A DNA stretch of 64,000 nucleotides from Mytilus edulis (taxonomy: Eukaryota): positions 55,118,001 through 55,182,000 of the forward strand of contig NC_092348.1 in assembly GCF_963676685.1 (NCBI RefSeq), in the 5' to 3' direction. A program made the position numbers and the translations under genes. Within the stretch, counting starts at the first letter, position 1. Every line of letters starts with the position of its first letter. The notes beneath the pieces are model-generated. The model saw only the letters and a list, made by a program, of their open reading frames with translations. It did not search any database and was not told where the DNA came from. Positions 27,707 through 40,847 of the stretch are shown one piece after another.

Positions 27707-28847
27707 GATAAGATAAGATAAGATAAGATATTTTATTTTCCAATTATGGGCCCCAAAGGGCATAAACATTACAACATCAATAATTTTTTCATAATACAAT
27801 ACAAACAATGAGATAAAAAAAAAAAAAAAAGTTAAACGAGAACTTTTTAAGTTCTTAAAGAATACGTAGATAAAGAATCTATAGTATGTTTTTTTTTTTT
27901 AATACTAATGCATTTTATTGCAAGTGTGGTTGATATAGATAACAAACAAGTAGCCCAAAAAGAAAAAAAGAAAAATAGATATCCACATATGTATAGTACA
28001 AAAAAAGTTGTATCAATTAAATATATAATAATTAGCCAAAAAGAAAGTAGAAATTAAACATGTCCATGACTCATCCTGTGTCAGCAGCAAATAGGAAAGC
28101 ATTATGGTTTCCTAAAGGCAGCTGACACCAGGGGGCGATACCTTATGGGCCATAGGCATGTAAAATGTGTGTAAATGTCTCTTTCCTACCTGTATCAAAA
28201 GCAAACAAGGAAGCATCATAGGTAACTTGAATGCAGTTGATACCAGGGGACGATGCCTCAAGGATATAAGAGAACATTTGAATAAATAATATATAGATCT
28301 TAACAATTATTTTTTTTTTAATCGGCTAGTATGTTTGTGATATTCAGATGAATATAATTTTCTATGTCCAATCAAATGTATATACACACATAGATTTCCT
28401 TTAACTAATCTTCACTAAGGGAGATGTTTGTATATAAAATTACATATTATTTTAAGTAACTCAACATTTTCTACACTAAATAACCAGATAATTTTGCTTT
28501 GACTGTTCATATGATTAAAATAAGAATTATATTGTGCAATACTAGCTAACATACAATTTCTATCATCCTCAAATTTGTTACAATCAAATAGAAAATGAGC
28601 CTCATCTTCGACAGTATTGGAAGAACATTTATTACATATTCTGTTAATTCGGGGAATACCCTGATATCTACCTAATTCTATTTGTAATCTATGAGAAGAT
28701 ACACGTAATTTAGTAAAACTTCTTCTAAGTTCAAAATTCTTGATCAATGTTAGATATTTTTCAAAACCAAAATTTGTTTTATATAAAAGGTAGGTTTTCA
28801 GTTTACTGTCTGAAAATTTATCTATTTGTTTTTTCCAACAGCTAATA
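27707..28847 (-). mobile_element. 5'-truncated non-LTR retrotransposon (C-terminal CCHC region, 3' UTR and (TATCT)n tail)
   Basis: ORF 28415-28852 contains KLR.SSH.L.IE.GRY and C..C...EDE.HFL..C motifs. (agata)n tail at 27706-27730; TSD AACATACA (27699-27706, 28848-28855). Confidence 0.85.
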
Positions 28848-29427
28848 AACATACAAGTAAAAATACACTGCCTTTAGCATACATATTGTACTTTTATTAG
28901 GTACTATTTACACAAGTGTTAATATCAAATAAATGTAATATATTATACAAACATTGAATAAAAACAACATTTGGTATTCAACATTTATTTATATAAAAAT
29001 AAGACTGTCTCTCATGTATATATAAACTTTTAAAAAAATCATTCTTAAAGCCCCCTGCAGAATACCTTGCTGGTGGTTAATATTAAATTACTTAATTTAA
29101 AATAAATCACATTGAAAATATTTTGAATTCCTTTTGTTGACTTTGTACATGTATAAAGAATCAATCCTACTAAGGAAAAATCAATTGAGATCAACCTTAT
29201 GAATCTGCTTGATAGTTGGATATAAATTAAACTCCAATATAAAGTTTTTCAATGACCACTGTTATAAACTGTTCATTCATAAATAAAATCCTAGTCTGCA
29301 TTATTTTCATTTGTAAAGTAGCAAATGATGGTAACATCTGGTCAAAGCCATGGTCTTAGGAGCCAATACATGCAATAGGAGGAACATTGGCATCTTAAAC
29401 AAAACATTTAAAATGATACACATATTT

Positions 29428-29651
29428 GAGGGCCCTCATGGGGTTTTTGATTATGTGATTACTTGGCCGTTTTTTTAATGATTATTTGATTATTAAGCCA
29501 AATATTTCATGATTATTTGATTACCTAGGACTGTATTTTTAGTTTATGATTATTTGATTACTAAAGATAAGCAAATATTTAATGATTATGTGATTATATT
29601 GGCAAAAAAATGGTGATTATGTGATTACTAGGACCCCCCATGAGGGGCCTC
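29428..29651. mobile_element. GAG..CTC MITE with 6-bp TSD ATATTT
   Basis: TIRs gagggccctcatgggg / ccccatgaggggcctc, with internal gattatttgatta repeats. Confidence 0.8.
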
Positions 29652-30318
29652 ATATTTAGAAGACAAGTTGGCATCTTAAACATAACATTTGAAATAATAT
29701 ACAAATTTTGGAATCACAGACTCCATAACAAACAAGGGTAAAATTTGATGCCCCTCCGCTACAGCGGGGGCATAAAAATTGGGTAACTACTCAAGATTTC
29801 AATATGAATTTAAGGTAGACAGACACATTTTTAAATTCTTTTGCATTTGTATAAACTAGAAGAATTCAAGCCAAGCAAGGTAAACCTAAGGACAAGAGAA
29901 ATTTTGTCATAACACATATGAAAATAATTTTTGTAATTAATACAAACTTCTTAAATCTACCACCTTCAAGAACAAACCTCCTTAATATGTATACCTAACT
30001 AAGTTATATGTTTGAACTTAAGAATCTAGTCTTACTAGTTCAGTGAATCACAACAACACCCCCTCCAATATGTGTAAGAATTTAATTATTAGAATGCTTA
30101 CAATTTAGTTTTTTGTCTTCTTCCAAGGGAAAACACTTATGACAATTATTGTGTAATACTTACTTCCAGATTTTGGTAAATGAAAATCAATTTACTCAAC
30201 AATTGTTAGCATCTGAAGGTTTATGAATGATAGATGTAAGGACTGAAGCTTGTAGTTCCATTTTGACCCTATTAATCTGCTTTGACAAACCAAAACCTGA
30301 GAATAAGATGCCTCAAAT

Positions 30319-32344
30319 AACTAGATGCTCCGCAGGGCGCAGCTTTATACGACCGCAGAGGTTGAACCCTGAACAGTTGGGGGAAGTATGGACACAACAT
30401 TCAAGCTGGATTCAGCTCTAAATTTGGATTGTGATTAAATAGTTGACACAGCATAGGTTTCTGACACAGAATGAATGTGGTCTAATGAACTTAAACATTT
30501 TTTTTTGCCTTTGAGCAATTCACTATGCTGTTGAATATTAATCCTCTCAAAAAAATGTTTGAAGACATTTTCTTTTTATTTATGAAATCTGAAATGAAAA
30601 AAATTGACCCCCAATTTTTTTTTTCACATCCCCCTTTCCCTTATTTCAAAACTGATCTCAATTCAAATTTCTAATGAAGTTTGCAACAATAACTACTCAT
30701 TTAAATACATCATAAAATATTAAAATGTAAAAAAAGTGCTTGTTATCACTGAATGGTAAAGATTGTTTTAATCTATCAGTTGGTAGTAAAAGTGAATATA
30801 CATTGTATATTGTATAAAACAATGATTTAAGTTGATTCAACTACTATTCTGGACAAAGAAAGATAACTCCAATTGAAATCCAATTGGAATTTCTTGCTAT
30901 TGCACAATATTGTGCAATTAGATATTTCTTGCTATTGTGCAATACTGTGCAATTGAAAATATTTGCTATTGCACAATACTGTGCAATTGAAGATTTCTTG
31001 CTATTGCACAATACTGTGCAATTGAAGATTTCTTGCTATTGCTGAATACTGTGCAATTGAAAATTTCTTGCTATTGCACAATACTTAATATAATAATTTT
31101 GGATCCTGATTTGGACCAACTTGAAAACTGGGCCCATAATAAAAAATCAAAGTACATGTTTAGATTCAGCATATCAAAGAAGCCCAAGAATTCAATTTTT
31201 GTTAAAATCAAACTTAGTTTAATTTTGGACCCTTTGGACTTTAATGTAGACCAATTTTAAAACGGGACCAAAAATTAAGAATCTACATACACAGTTAGAT
31301 TTGGCATATCAAAGAACCTCAATTATTTAATTTTTGATGAAACCAAACAAAGTTTAATTTTGGACCCCGATTTGGACCAACTTGAAAACTGGGCCAATAA
31401 TAAAAAATCTAAGTACATTTTTAGATTCAGCACATCAAAGAACCCCAAGGATTCAATTTTTGTTAAAATCAAACTAAGTTTAATTTTGGACCCTTTGGAC
31501 CTTAATGTAGACCAATTTGAAAACGGGACCAAAAATTTAGAATCTACATACACAGTTAGATTCGGCATATCAAAGAACCCCAATTATTCAATTTTTGATG
31601 AAATCAAACAAAGTTTAATTTTGGACCCTTTGGGCCCTTTATTCCTAAACTGTTGGGACCAAAACTCCCAAAATCAATACCAACCTTCCTTTTATGGTCA
31701 TAAACCTTGTGTTTAAATTTCATAGATTTCTATTTACTTATACATTTTTTTTGTACTAAAGTTATGGTGCGAAAACCAAGAAAAATGCTTATTTGGGTCC
31801 CTTTTTGGCCCCTAATTCCTAAACTGTTGGGACCTAAACTCCCAAAATCAATACCAACCTTCCTTTTGTGGTCATAAACATTGTGTTTAAATTTCATTGA
31901 TTTCTATTTACTTAAACTAAAGTTATTGTGCGAAAACCAAGAATAATGCTTATTTGGGCCCTTTTTTGGCCCCTAATTCCTAAACTGTTGGAACCAAAAC
32001 TCCCAAAATCAATCCCAACCTTTCTTTTGTGGTCATAAACCTTGTGTCAAAATTTCATAGATTTCTATTAACTAAAACTAAAGTTATAGTGCGAAAACCA
32101 AGAAAATGCTTATTTGGGCCCTTTTTGGCCCCTAATTCCTAAAATGTTGGGACCAAAACTCCCAAAATCAATCCCAACCTTTCTTTTGTGGTCATAAACC
32201 TTGTGTTTAAATTTCATAGATTTCTATTCACTTTTACTAAAGTTAGAGTGCGAAAACTAAAAGTATTCGGACGACGACGACGACGACGCCAACGTGATAG
32301 CAATATACGACGAAAAATTTTTCAAATTTTGCGGTCGTATAAAA
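30319..32344 (+). mobile_element. HINE/Helentron-like element, family D, with three different internal tandem arrays
   Basis: Subterminal inverted repeat tatacgaccgca (30346) / tgcggtcgtata (32330). Internal arrays of about 35, 261 and 160 bp; (gac)n before the 3' hairpin. Confidence 0.8.
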
Positions 32345-32660
32345 ACAAAAGAAACTAGAAAACTGGATGTCGTAAAAATAAAATGCTAACACTATTTGAA
32401 GGACTGATTGCGAAGCCCTGCATCTTTACATCCCTTGGGACAATAAATCTATAAATATGCTGTACAAATCAAATTTAGTAAGCTGAATGGACATGTCCTA
32501 TAGATTTTTGTTAATTTTGAAGTACATTTTTTTTTAAATAATCATCAATTAGGTCAGGACTGTAAATGCCAAACTTAATTTCTATGACTGTAAATTGTGA
32601 ATATAAATACTTATATCACTTTTTAATGTTGCTAAATACATAAGATTATTAAATAATTAC

Positions 32661-32733
32661 CTGCTAACAGGATCAGAGGTACTAGAACCCTGAATAATGA
32701 CCAGCATACCAAACTCTTCACTCGTGTTGTCAT
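32661..32733 (-). CDS. PIEZO: Piezo mechanosensitive ion channel, first coding exon (MTTRVKSLVCWSLFRVLVPLILLA)
   Basis: Manual translation resembles the PIEZO2 N-terminus (VVCGLIFRLLLPICLA). ATG at 32733-32731; phase-1 donor G|gtaatt. A polypyrimidine/AG acceptor near 32771-32790 implies an upstream non-coding exon. Confidence 0.9.
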
Positions 32734-34109
32734 TTTTTTTAAATCTTTTTCACCCACTCACACCATTTTTCTAACACTATATAAAAAAAATCAATACTAG
32801 ACAATCACAGGGGACTTCAAATTAAATCCTTTTTATAAACATCAATTTTACACAGATTTCATAACTGTATGTTGTATGTATTACTATAGGGAAATGTTTA
32901 ATCTGTTTACAATGTGTCAACCAATTCCAATGATCATTTGAATCTGATTAAACAATAACAACAATGAATTGCATAGAGATGGGATACATGTATGAGAAAA
33001 AAAAGATACTGTGTGATATACATTTGTATATACAGAACAATTATCTGGTCTTTAAAGAACTAAATAATTTCCAATAAGAACATGATGAAATACAAAACAT
33101 TGATATCACCTAAAATACATGTGATGTACATAAATTGGGCAATTTGTTTTCCTCTTTTGAATTGTTTTACTTTGTCATCTTGGGGCCTTTCATGGCTGAC
33201 TATGTGGTATGGGCTTTGCCCATTGTTGAAGGCCATATTCATACAGTGAACTATAGTTGTTAATTTCTATGTCATTTGATCTCTTGTGGAGAGTTTTCTT
33301 ATTGGCAATCGTACCACATCTTTTTATATGTTCATTGTATATAAGAAGTAGAGCAATTATATTCTTGTAATTTTTAACAGGTACAACTGTAGCTGTCTGT
33401 CAGGAATGATGAACACCAAAATATTTAAAATTTTTGGTTTATATCCCATTTACAACTACATCAAAAACATTCATGAATATCACCTTTCAATAATTTGATA
33501 CTAAAATCCAAAGATTTAAAGCTTTTAAACTAGAATTAAATTGATTGCTGCTAGTGGCAAATATTTTATGCATATTAAGAACAAGAACAAATTAACAATT
33601 AATAAGAAATTCCTGGCACGCCATCATGAGCTGTATTGTGATGATCTTTATGGATTAATAGTAGATGCAGATTTTTTAGTGGAGAACAATTTTGTTTATG
33701 CATTGACATGAAAACTAAATTCTGCTGACAACTTATATCAAATGAAGGAAAAAAGGTACATGTATTGTTGCCTTGACCTATAAATTACTGTCAGACCAAA
33801 AAAATTACAGTTTTTATCTTTCCAAGGGTTATCCTCAAGATAATGCTGAATTTGAGTTTAAGCTTGATAAATGTAGGCTATACATGTTCAATTTAAAAAA
33901 TATAACCAGGAAACTAATATTTTTATCTAATTTAATAAAAACAATATCAGTTGTGACATATATATACATTTGCCAAATTACTTCAAAATTAATAGAAGTC
34001 TTCTTCGTCCCAAGCGACATTATTACACATGTTGGTAAAAGTTGCACAAATGGTTCAAAGGATAACAGCAAGAAACAAAAATGTTTGCTACCTAGAGTGA
34101 CCTTAACAC

Positions 34110-34253
34110 CAGTGGCGGATCCAGAACTTTCCCTAAGGGAGGGCCCGCTGACTGACCGACGGGGGGCCCGCTCCAGTCATGCTTCAATGATTCCCTATAT
34201 AATCATTCAAATTTTTTTCACGAAAGGGGGGCCCCCCCCTGGATCCGCCTATG
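34110..34253. mobile_element. Small MITE (CAGTGGCGGATCCAG-type TIR)
   Basis: TIRs cagtggcggatccag / ctggatccgcctatg, flanked by the direct repeat AACAC. A related truncated copy lies at about 59704-59835. Confidence 0.7.
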
Positions 34254-34888
34254 AACACCAAAATTAATAGGGTTCTTCCACAGGTTTCTTTTAAGTTATA
34301 ATATTGTTTAATGATAAGTATTATATAAACGGAATTGTTGAGGTTTGAACACACAGAAGTCCTGAAAGCTAACATCTTATTAGTAAATGTGAATATTGTT
34401 TATGCTCAAAAAGCCAGGTCCACACTGAATAATTTCAATAAATAATTTCGGGATATTTAGATCCTTTTTAAAATTAATTCCAAATTTAAATTGTACAAAT
34501 AATCATCTGTACATGTAGTTCGTAAAATGGACATGTATCAGCAAATTTTAACATAACATGTACAAGTCCTTTGAGTGATTACATGCTGGATCATCAGAAA
34601 AAGGCACAAGTTTGACTATTTTGAAAAGTGAGGGAGTAGTACTGTGTTACTGAGATGACAAATTGGTTACATGTATATAACATGGTAGGAATCCATCAAG
34701 AAACTGCAATAAAGGATCATTTTACAAGCATTAATAGATTTATTAGAGTCCTGTCTTATTTTAAGTGCAATATGCTGGTACCCATATATATATATAATAT
34801 TAATTATCCAAGTCAGTGATATTGTTTGCCTTAAATTAGTGGAGAATAAAGGCTTTTTCCCCTGGAGAAGAATCCCATGAATTTGAAA

Positions 34889-35984
34889 ACAAGAGTGCAC
34901 ACACTGAAATGTCTCGCCTTCTTTACTAATCATTGATATTATGTTGATAGTCCGAAGTATAAAGCTTTATTACAACTTTCACATAAACTTAACATTAACC
35001 AAGATAGCTAAACAAAGACCAATGAACCATGAAAATGAGGTCAAGGTCAGATGAACCATGCCAGGCAGACATGTACAGCTAACAAAAGTTCCATACAACA
35101 AATATAGTTGACCTATTACTTATAGTTTAAGAAAAATAGACCAAAACACAAAAACTTAACACTGTGCAATGAACCGTGCAATTGAGGTCATGGTCTAATA
35201 AACCTGCGGGACTGACATATAGATCATAATATATTTCCATACACCAAATATAGCTGACCTTTGGCATATAAAATTAGATAAAAAGACCAAAACTTAAAAA
35301 CTTAACTTTGACCACTGAACCATGAAAATGAGGTCAAGGTCAGATGACATCTGCCCGCTAGACATGTACACCTTACAATCATTCCATACAACAAACATAG
35401 TAGACCTATTGCATAAAGTATGAGAAAAACAGACCAAAACACAAAAACTTAACTATAACCACTGAACCATGAAAATGAGGTCAAGGTCAGATGACACCTG
35501 CCAGTTGGACATGTACACCTTCCAGTCCTTCCATACACCAAATATACTAACCCTGTTGCTTATAGTATCTGAGATATGGACTTGACCACCAAAACTTAAC
35601 CTTGTTCACTGATCCATGAAATGAGGTCGAGGTCAAGTGAAAACTGTCTGACGGGCATGAGGACCTTGCAAGGTACGCACATACCAAATATAGTTATCCT
35701 ATTACTTATAATAAAAGAGAATTCAACATTACAAAAATTCTGAACTTTTTTTTCAAGTGGTCACTGAACCATGAAAATGAGGTCAAGGACATTGGACATG
35801 TGACTGACGGAAACTTCGTAACATGAGGCATCTATATACAAAGTATGAAGCATCCAGGTCTTTCACCTTCTAAAATATAAACCTTTTAAGAAGTTAGCTA
35901 ACGCCGCCGCCGTAGCCGCCGCCGCCGGATCACTATCCCTATGTCGACCTTTCTGCAACAAAAGTTGCAGGCTCGACAAAAAAA
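34889..35984 (+). mobile_element. HINE/Helentron-like element, family A, longest copy
   Basis: Near-identical to 4208-5082 with extra core repeats, (gcc)n and the same 3' hairpin. Confidence 0.8.
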
Positions 35985-37652
35985 TGGCTTAAAATTATTC
36001 CCAAAAAGACAACTTTTTTACGAAACAGTGCACTCTCAGTAGTACAATGTAATTGTGCATGAATACAAACTAAAAAACTCTCATTTAAACATATTACATG
36101 CCTAAAATAACTATATGTGCAGATTTGAGGGTCTATTTATGTATAATCACTGACAAAAAGGTGTCTTATTTCAAAGCAGGAGTTGACTCTTGAAAGGGGG
36201 TCTGTAAATTGAAGTTTCAGTCAAATTTGTGGTTTATTTTAGATTTCCCAATTTGATGAAAATGATTCATATTTTCCCAATAAAAAAGGGTAGATGTAGT
36301 TTTGAATCAAAGTGATGGAAATCACTCATGGAAAGATTAGAAGAGTAGTTTGAATTGTTTCATATTAAGGTATGGTGGGGGAAAATGAACATTTATAAAG
36401 CACTATTGCTGAAAATTCCATTTACAGCAGGTCTTTAGAAGGAAACTTGCTTTTCCAGTACATGCAGGATGAGGATAAAATGAGCTCAAATTAAATAATA
36501 TGGGTCTCTTAATTTGCACAATTTTATTTAAACTGCAGTTTATATCTTATCAAAATTATGTTGCCGGTTCTGAACATGTTTCAAAAAAACAAAAAACAAA
36601 AAATTTCTTCTAGTAAATGTTACCAACTATCCTTGTAAGACATAAATCTGGACAACAGCTTAAAACTTAAAGTGTCAACAAAAAGTTTTGTAAGTTGAAA
36701 CAGAGGTTATAGGGCATTGAAGATTAAAAGTTTTAGAGTGCCTATTGATCAATTTTTAAAGTATTTTTCAACACAGGGCATTGAAAATGTACTTTTTCAA
36801 CGTAAAGCAATTAAAAAACTTATCTTATTGAAATGTGGATTCTTTCTTGATTGCAAAAATATATATTCACTTCTAATAAAAATTCAAATGACTAAAATAG
36901 ACATAATGATTGATGGGAAATAAACTAATAAACAATGGTTTGTTATAATTAAAAGTTTTAAAATTTTTTAAACTGTTTCAAGCCAATTCCTGATAAAAAA
37001 AAAAGTGTACTAAATTAATTGTTAATTAATTACAGATGATTATTGGAAATTTATCAAGTAAATTATAGGCCTTACTTGAATACCTTTTATTTATTCATAT
37101 TTATATTCATATTTCATTTTTTTTTAAGATCTTCTTAATCCATTAATCATTTATCTTTCAGATATAATTTACAGAATCACTTTATGTAATGTAGATCAAA
37201 AGTAATTGGCAATAAATAAATCTATCATCCTTATAAATATCAAACATCTAATATACACATTTTTGTATTCAATTATGAGGTCAAATACTTGTGTATTAAG
37301 AATTATATTGAGTGGTCTGAATAATTATGTAAGACTGAGGTTGATAGGTAATGTGGTCAATTTGATTGGCAGTTTAGGAGGTGGGGCATTGTAATTAAAG
37401 GTTCACCTTGTCTCTGATTGTTTAGTGATAATGAAAGTTGTCAATCATACTAGTTGAATCAATACCCAGTTACCTAATCAAAATGTTTTTTAAAAGCCTG
37501 CACATCAACACACCTTAATGACATACATTCTTGAATGAACTGCTCCAATAATATACCCAGTTTTTTTCAGTTTATATGTGTATTATGTGCACATACATCA
37601 AAACCATAAGGAACTATATTTCAGTGTGAATACATTTAGTAACAGTAGCTAA

Positions 37653-39831
37653 CGGGTCCGTAGAAATACCGCAAAGGACCTCCTTAGTGCACTAAGAAGA
37701 AAAATGTGCACTAGGAACCTGATGGAATGATACAACTGTCACAAAGGACATGACATATAGAAATAGACTTTGTAAAAATACATAATTTCAAATTTTATGA
37801 TCATATCTTTTGTAATTAGAAAGTTATTTTATGTTTTATCGACACGCGCCTCAATCAGATGACTGTCACCTGTGTAATCGATAGAAATTCATGTTTGCTC
37901 AACCATGACCGAATCCACTTTGTATACTGATTACACATGTAAAAGTGAAGATGCGAAACATGTTATATTAGACTGTCCTTTATGTGCAGATTTACGTGAA
38001 AGTTTATTTTATGAAGTTAAAAGAAGTAATGGTGATTTTAGTATTTTATCTAATGATGATAAGTTTATAGATCTTTTTAAAAGTACTGCTTTGGTGTGGT
38101 TGACAAGACCTGATGAAATATTCTAAGTAGAAGAAATTGTTTTTTATATGCTTGATTGATAGTGATGATTTAACAGACCTGAAATATTTTTATAGACATG
38201 ATCAATGCAGTTATATGGTGTTTTTTGTATTTCTGGCGGATATATTTTTTACTTCTATGTATTTGCGTATTTTCTATTCTTATTGTAACTCACTTTTCGT
38301 CCGTCGTCGTTAGCTCTTACAAAAATCTTCTCCTCTGAAATCTGAAATCTGGGCCAAATTTTAGTTAGGTATAGAACAGTAATTTTGTTCAACCGAAATA
38401 CTAATAAAAGGGTATTATCAGGGACATATATGTCTCTGGTATTATTTGGATCTCAAAACAAAAGAAAGAAAATCAAGAATCGAAGACCTTTCATGAGCTA
38501 TTAAGTCTCATATGAAAAAAATAAATGGTTGTTATGGGGCAAATTGTTTTACCTTGTATTGTATGGAAAAACACCAAGGAGTCCGAACATTTGACACGAT
38601 TGATTGATTGTCGGTTGCTTAACGTCCAGTGGCAAATATTTCATGCATTTTCAACGAGAGCAAGTTAACAATACATATAACAGGAAGGCCTTGTTATGAT
38701 AGAGGCCACCCGGGATGATGGGCGGGGAAATTTGGACTGCCACTGGAAAACGACGGTATATTGGATAGGGGCAGACATTTTGCCTTGCAACAGGCTACCT
38801 ACGGACCCCTCAAATAGTTGTTGCAAGGGTTCTTAACGTGCAAAGAGCGTGGCACTCTCTTTACGTCTTTACTCGAGGCATCGGATTTAACGTCCTTATT
38901 CTGACCGGACGGGATTGCGAACTTGATACATCCCGCACAGCCAAACGGACGCCCCCCCCCCCCTAAGCCATCGTTTTACTTCCGATCGGGAGACATCCAA
39001 GTGATCATGTTTCGTTTCCCCAGTCACTCTTGGGGTCATTTGACACAAATTCTAAACCTCACCCAAGTAGATCCTTAAAGAATATACGGTTGATATTATT
39101 TTTAAAACGCATCAGTGTTACATTAATAACATAATTGAATTTTATAATTATACAAAATACACATATGGCGGAGAATGACAATAAAAACCAATGACATCCG
39201 TAATAGAGGTAGCTTTTATAGAAGACAGATTAATATGATTATTCTCTTTTTGGTATTTACCTCTTGAAGTCTTTCTTTATCACTTCTATCATCGGGTTTT
39301 GAAGAACAGGTTTTACTCTCAAATGTCTTTCAAGGTATCTCAGAAGCATTTTTTTCTCAATTTATATCTCAAAACTGGCTTCTTAAAATAAGTTTACTTA
39401 GCAATTTCCTTCAAAGCAAAATAAAACAAAAGGCAAAGTAAACACAAAATTCATTTTTTTATTTTTCTTTCATCAGCTTGAAATTAATACACCCTAATCC
39501 GTTATGTTTATTCAACAAATATCATTAACTATAATCAATTAGTATCGATCAGAAGACGATTGTTATTTGGATATGGTTGATTGATGATTGATGATTGGGA
39601 ATTTGCAATAAGCCGTTGGTCACGTGCCGAGTGGCACGCGCTGATTGAAAAAGTAATTTTACTTCAAAATTATAATATCTATTGATACCAAACTTTTTAT
39701 TTCTTAGTTATATACTCATATCCTCTTATATCCATGTTCTTTGTGGTCTTAAAACATCGTTTTAGTGTCCTTAGTGCAAAAACTTTCTTCTTAGTGCACT
39801 AAGAAGTCCTTTGCGGTACTTCTACACACCG
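37653..39831. mobile_element. 2.2-kb non-autonomous TIR transposon with 8(-9)-bp TSD and nested repeat cargo
   Basis: TIRs of about 50 bp (gtagaa.taccgcaaaggac.tc.ttagtgcactaagaagaaa) and TSD GTAGCTAA (37645-37652, 39832-39839). Confidence 0.85.
38598..39036 (-). mobile_element. SINE-like retroposon with (CAAT)n tail and 10-bp TSD
   Basis: Exact TSD CATTTGACAC (38588-38597, 39037-39046); 3' end cactggacgttaagcaaccgacaatcaatcaatc. A degenerate relative lies at about 459-778. Confidence 0.8.
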
Positions 39832-40253
39832 GTAGCTAACCTGTCCTGTTGTTAGGGAGGCTGGTGCCTAAGTAAAGATTTAGAACAAGTTCTAATCTTT
39901 CCAAAAAAAGCTAACAATATTGCTGCAAGTCTACCTACAAATTTATTCTATATTAACATGATTCATGTCAGAACTGCAGGAAACTTTTAGCTGGATGAAA
40001 GTGACTAAATGTCTTTAGTGTGACGACTGATTTTTTTTTTAAATTATTTAAAAAATATATAAATTGAAACCGTTCATCACACACACTTTTTTTGAATTGT
40101 CAAGAAAATTATTCAAATGTTCAATTTAATTTCATTCAATTTTGTAAGTTTTATTCCAAACATATTTTTTAATCAACATGATTTGGGACCAATAGAATAA
40201 TGTACAAGTCCCATATAAAATGCATACAATTGTTTACATCTACAAATTAAAAA

Positions 40254-40570
40254 AACAAGAGGCTCTCAAGAGCCTGAATCTCTCATCTGTAATTTTTGGC
40301 TTAAATCTTTCATCAATGATTATGTTTTGCTTTTCAATATATACTTAAATGAATGGCTTAAAACTTCCATTGAAATGTTCCTTGTATCTGTCATATTTTC
40401 TCCAAAATCATTTTACCCCTAGATTTTCTATTTTAGCCATCATTGACCATAATGGCTATGTTTCTTGACATACAAGAAAATTAAATACAAAATTTATACA
40501 AGATACTCTGAAACTCATTCAGCCCAAGTTTGGCTAACATTGACTCTGCTGAACATTTTTGCTGTTAACA
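40254..40570 (+). mobile_element. 5' fragment of a family B HINE-like element next to the LINE 3' end
   Basis: The sequence gaggctctcaagagcctgaatc and what follows aligns to 8374-8640. Confidence 0.65.
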
Positions 40571-40847
40571 AATGGTAGTTTAATATTGGTCTTCTTTTAA
40601 CTATAAAACTGATTATATTTCAGCATCATCTTAAGTAATACTGTTTATTTCAATAATTTTGCATTTGTGATCATTCATACCTGTAAGATACCTGTAAGAT
40701 CGTTGTGGGGCTCATATGGAAGGATCCTATCCTTTTTAGCCCACCCTATTTTGGTACACTTTCAAAACTGATACAATCATCAATCCTGCATGATTTGGTG
40801 CAATATTTCACACAATTAAAAAGTTATATAGAAAACTATTTGTGTCC

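Noticed and set aside
31033-31716. ORFs 31033, 31323 and 31360 with repeated peptides
   Set aside because: They are translations of the 261-bp tandem array inside a HINE-like element.
33773-34375. 164-aa ORF 33773-34267 and neighbouring ORFs
   Set aside because: Non-ATG start, no recognisable domain, and it runs through a MITE; a chance ORF.
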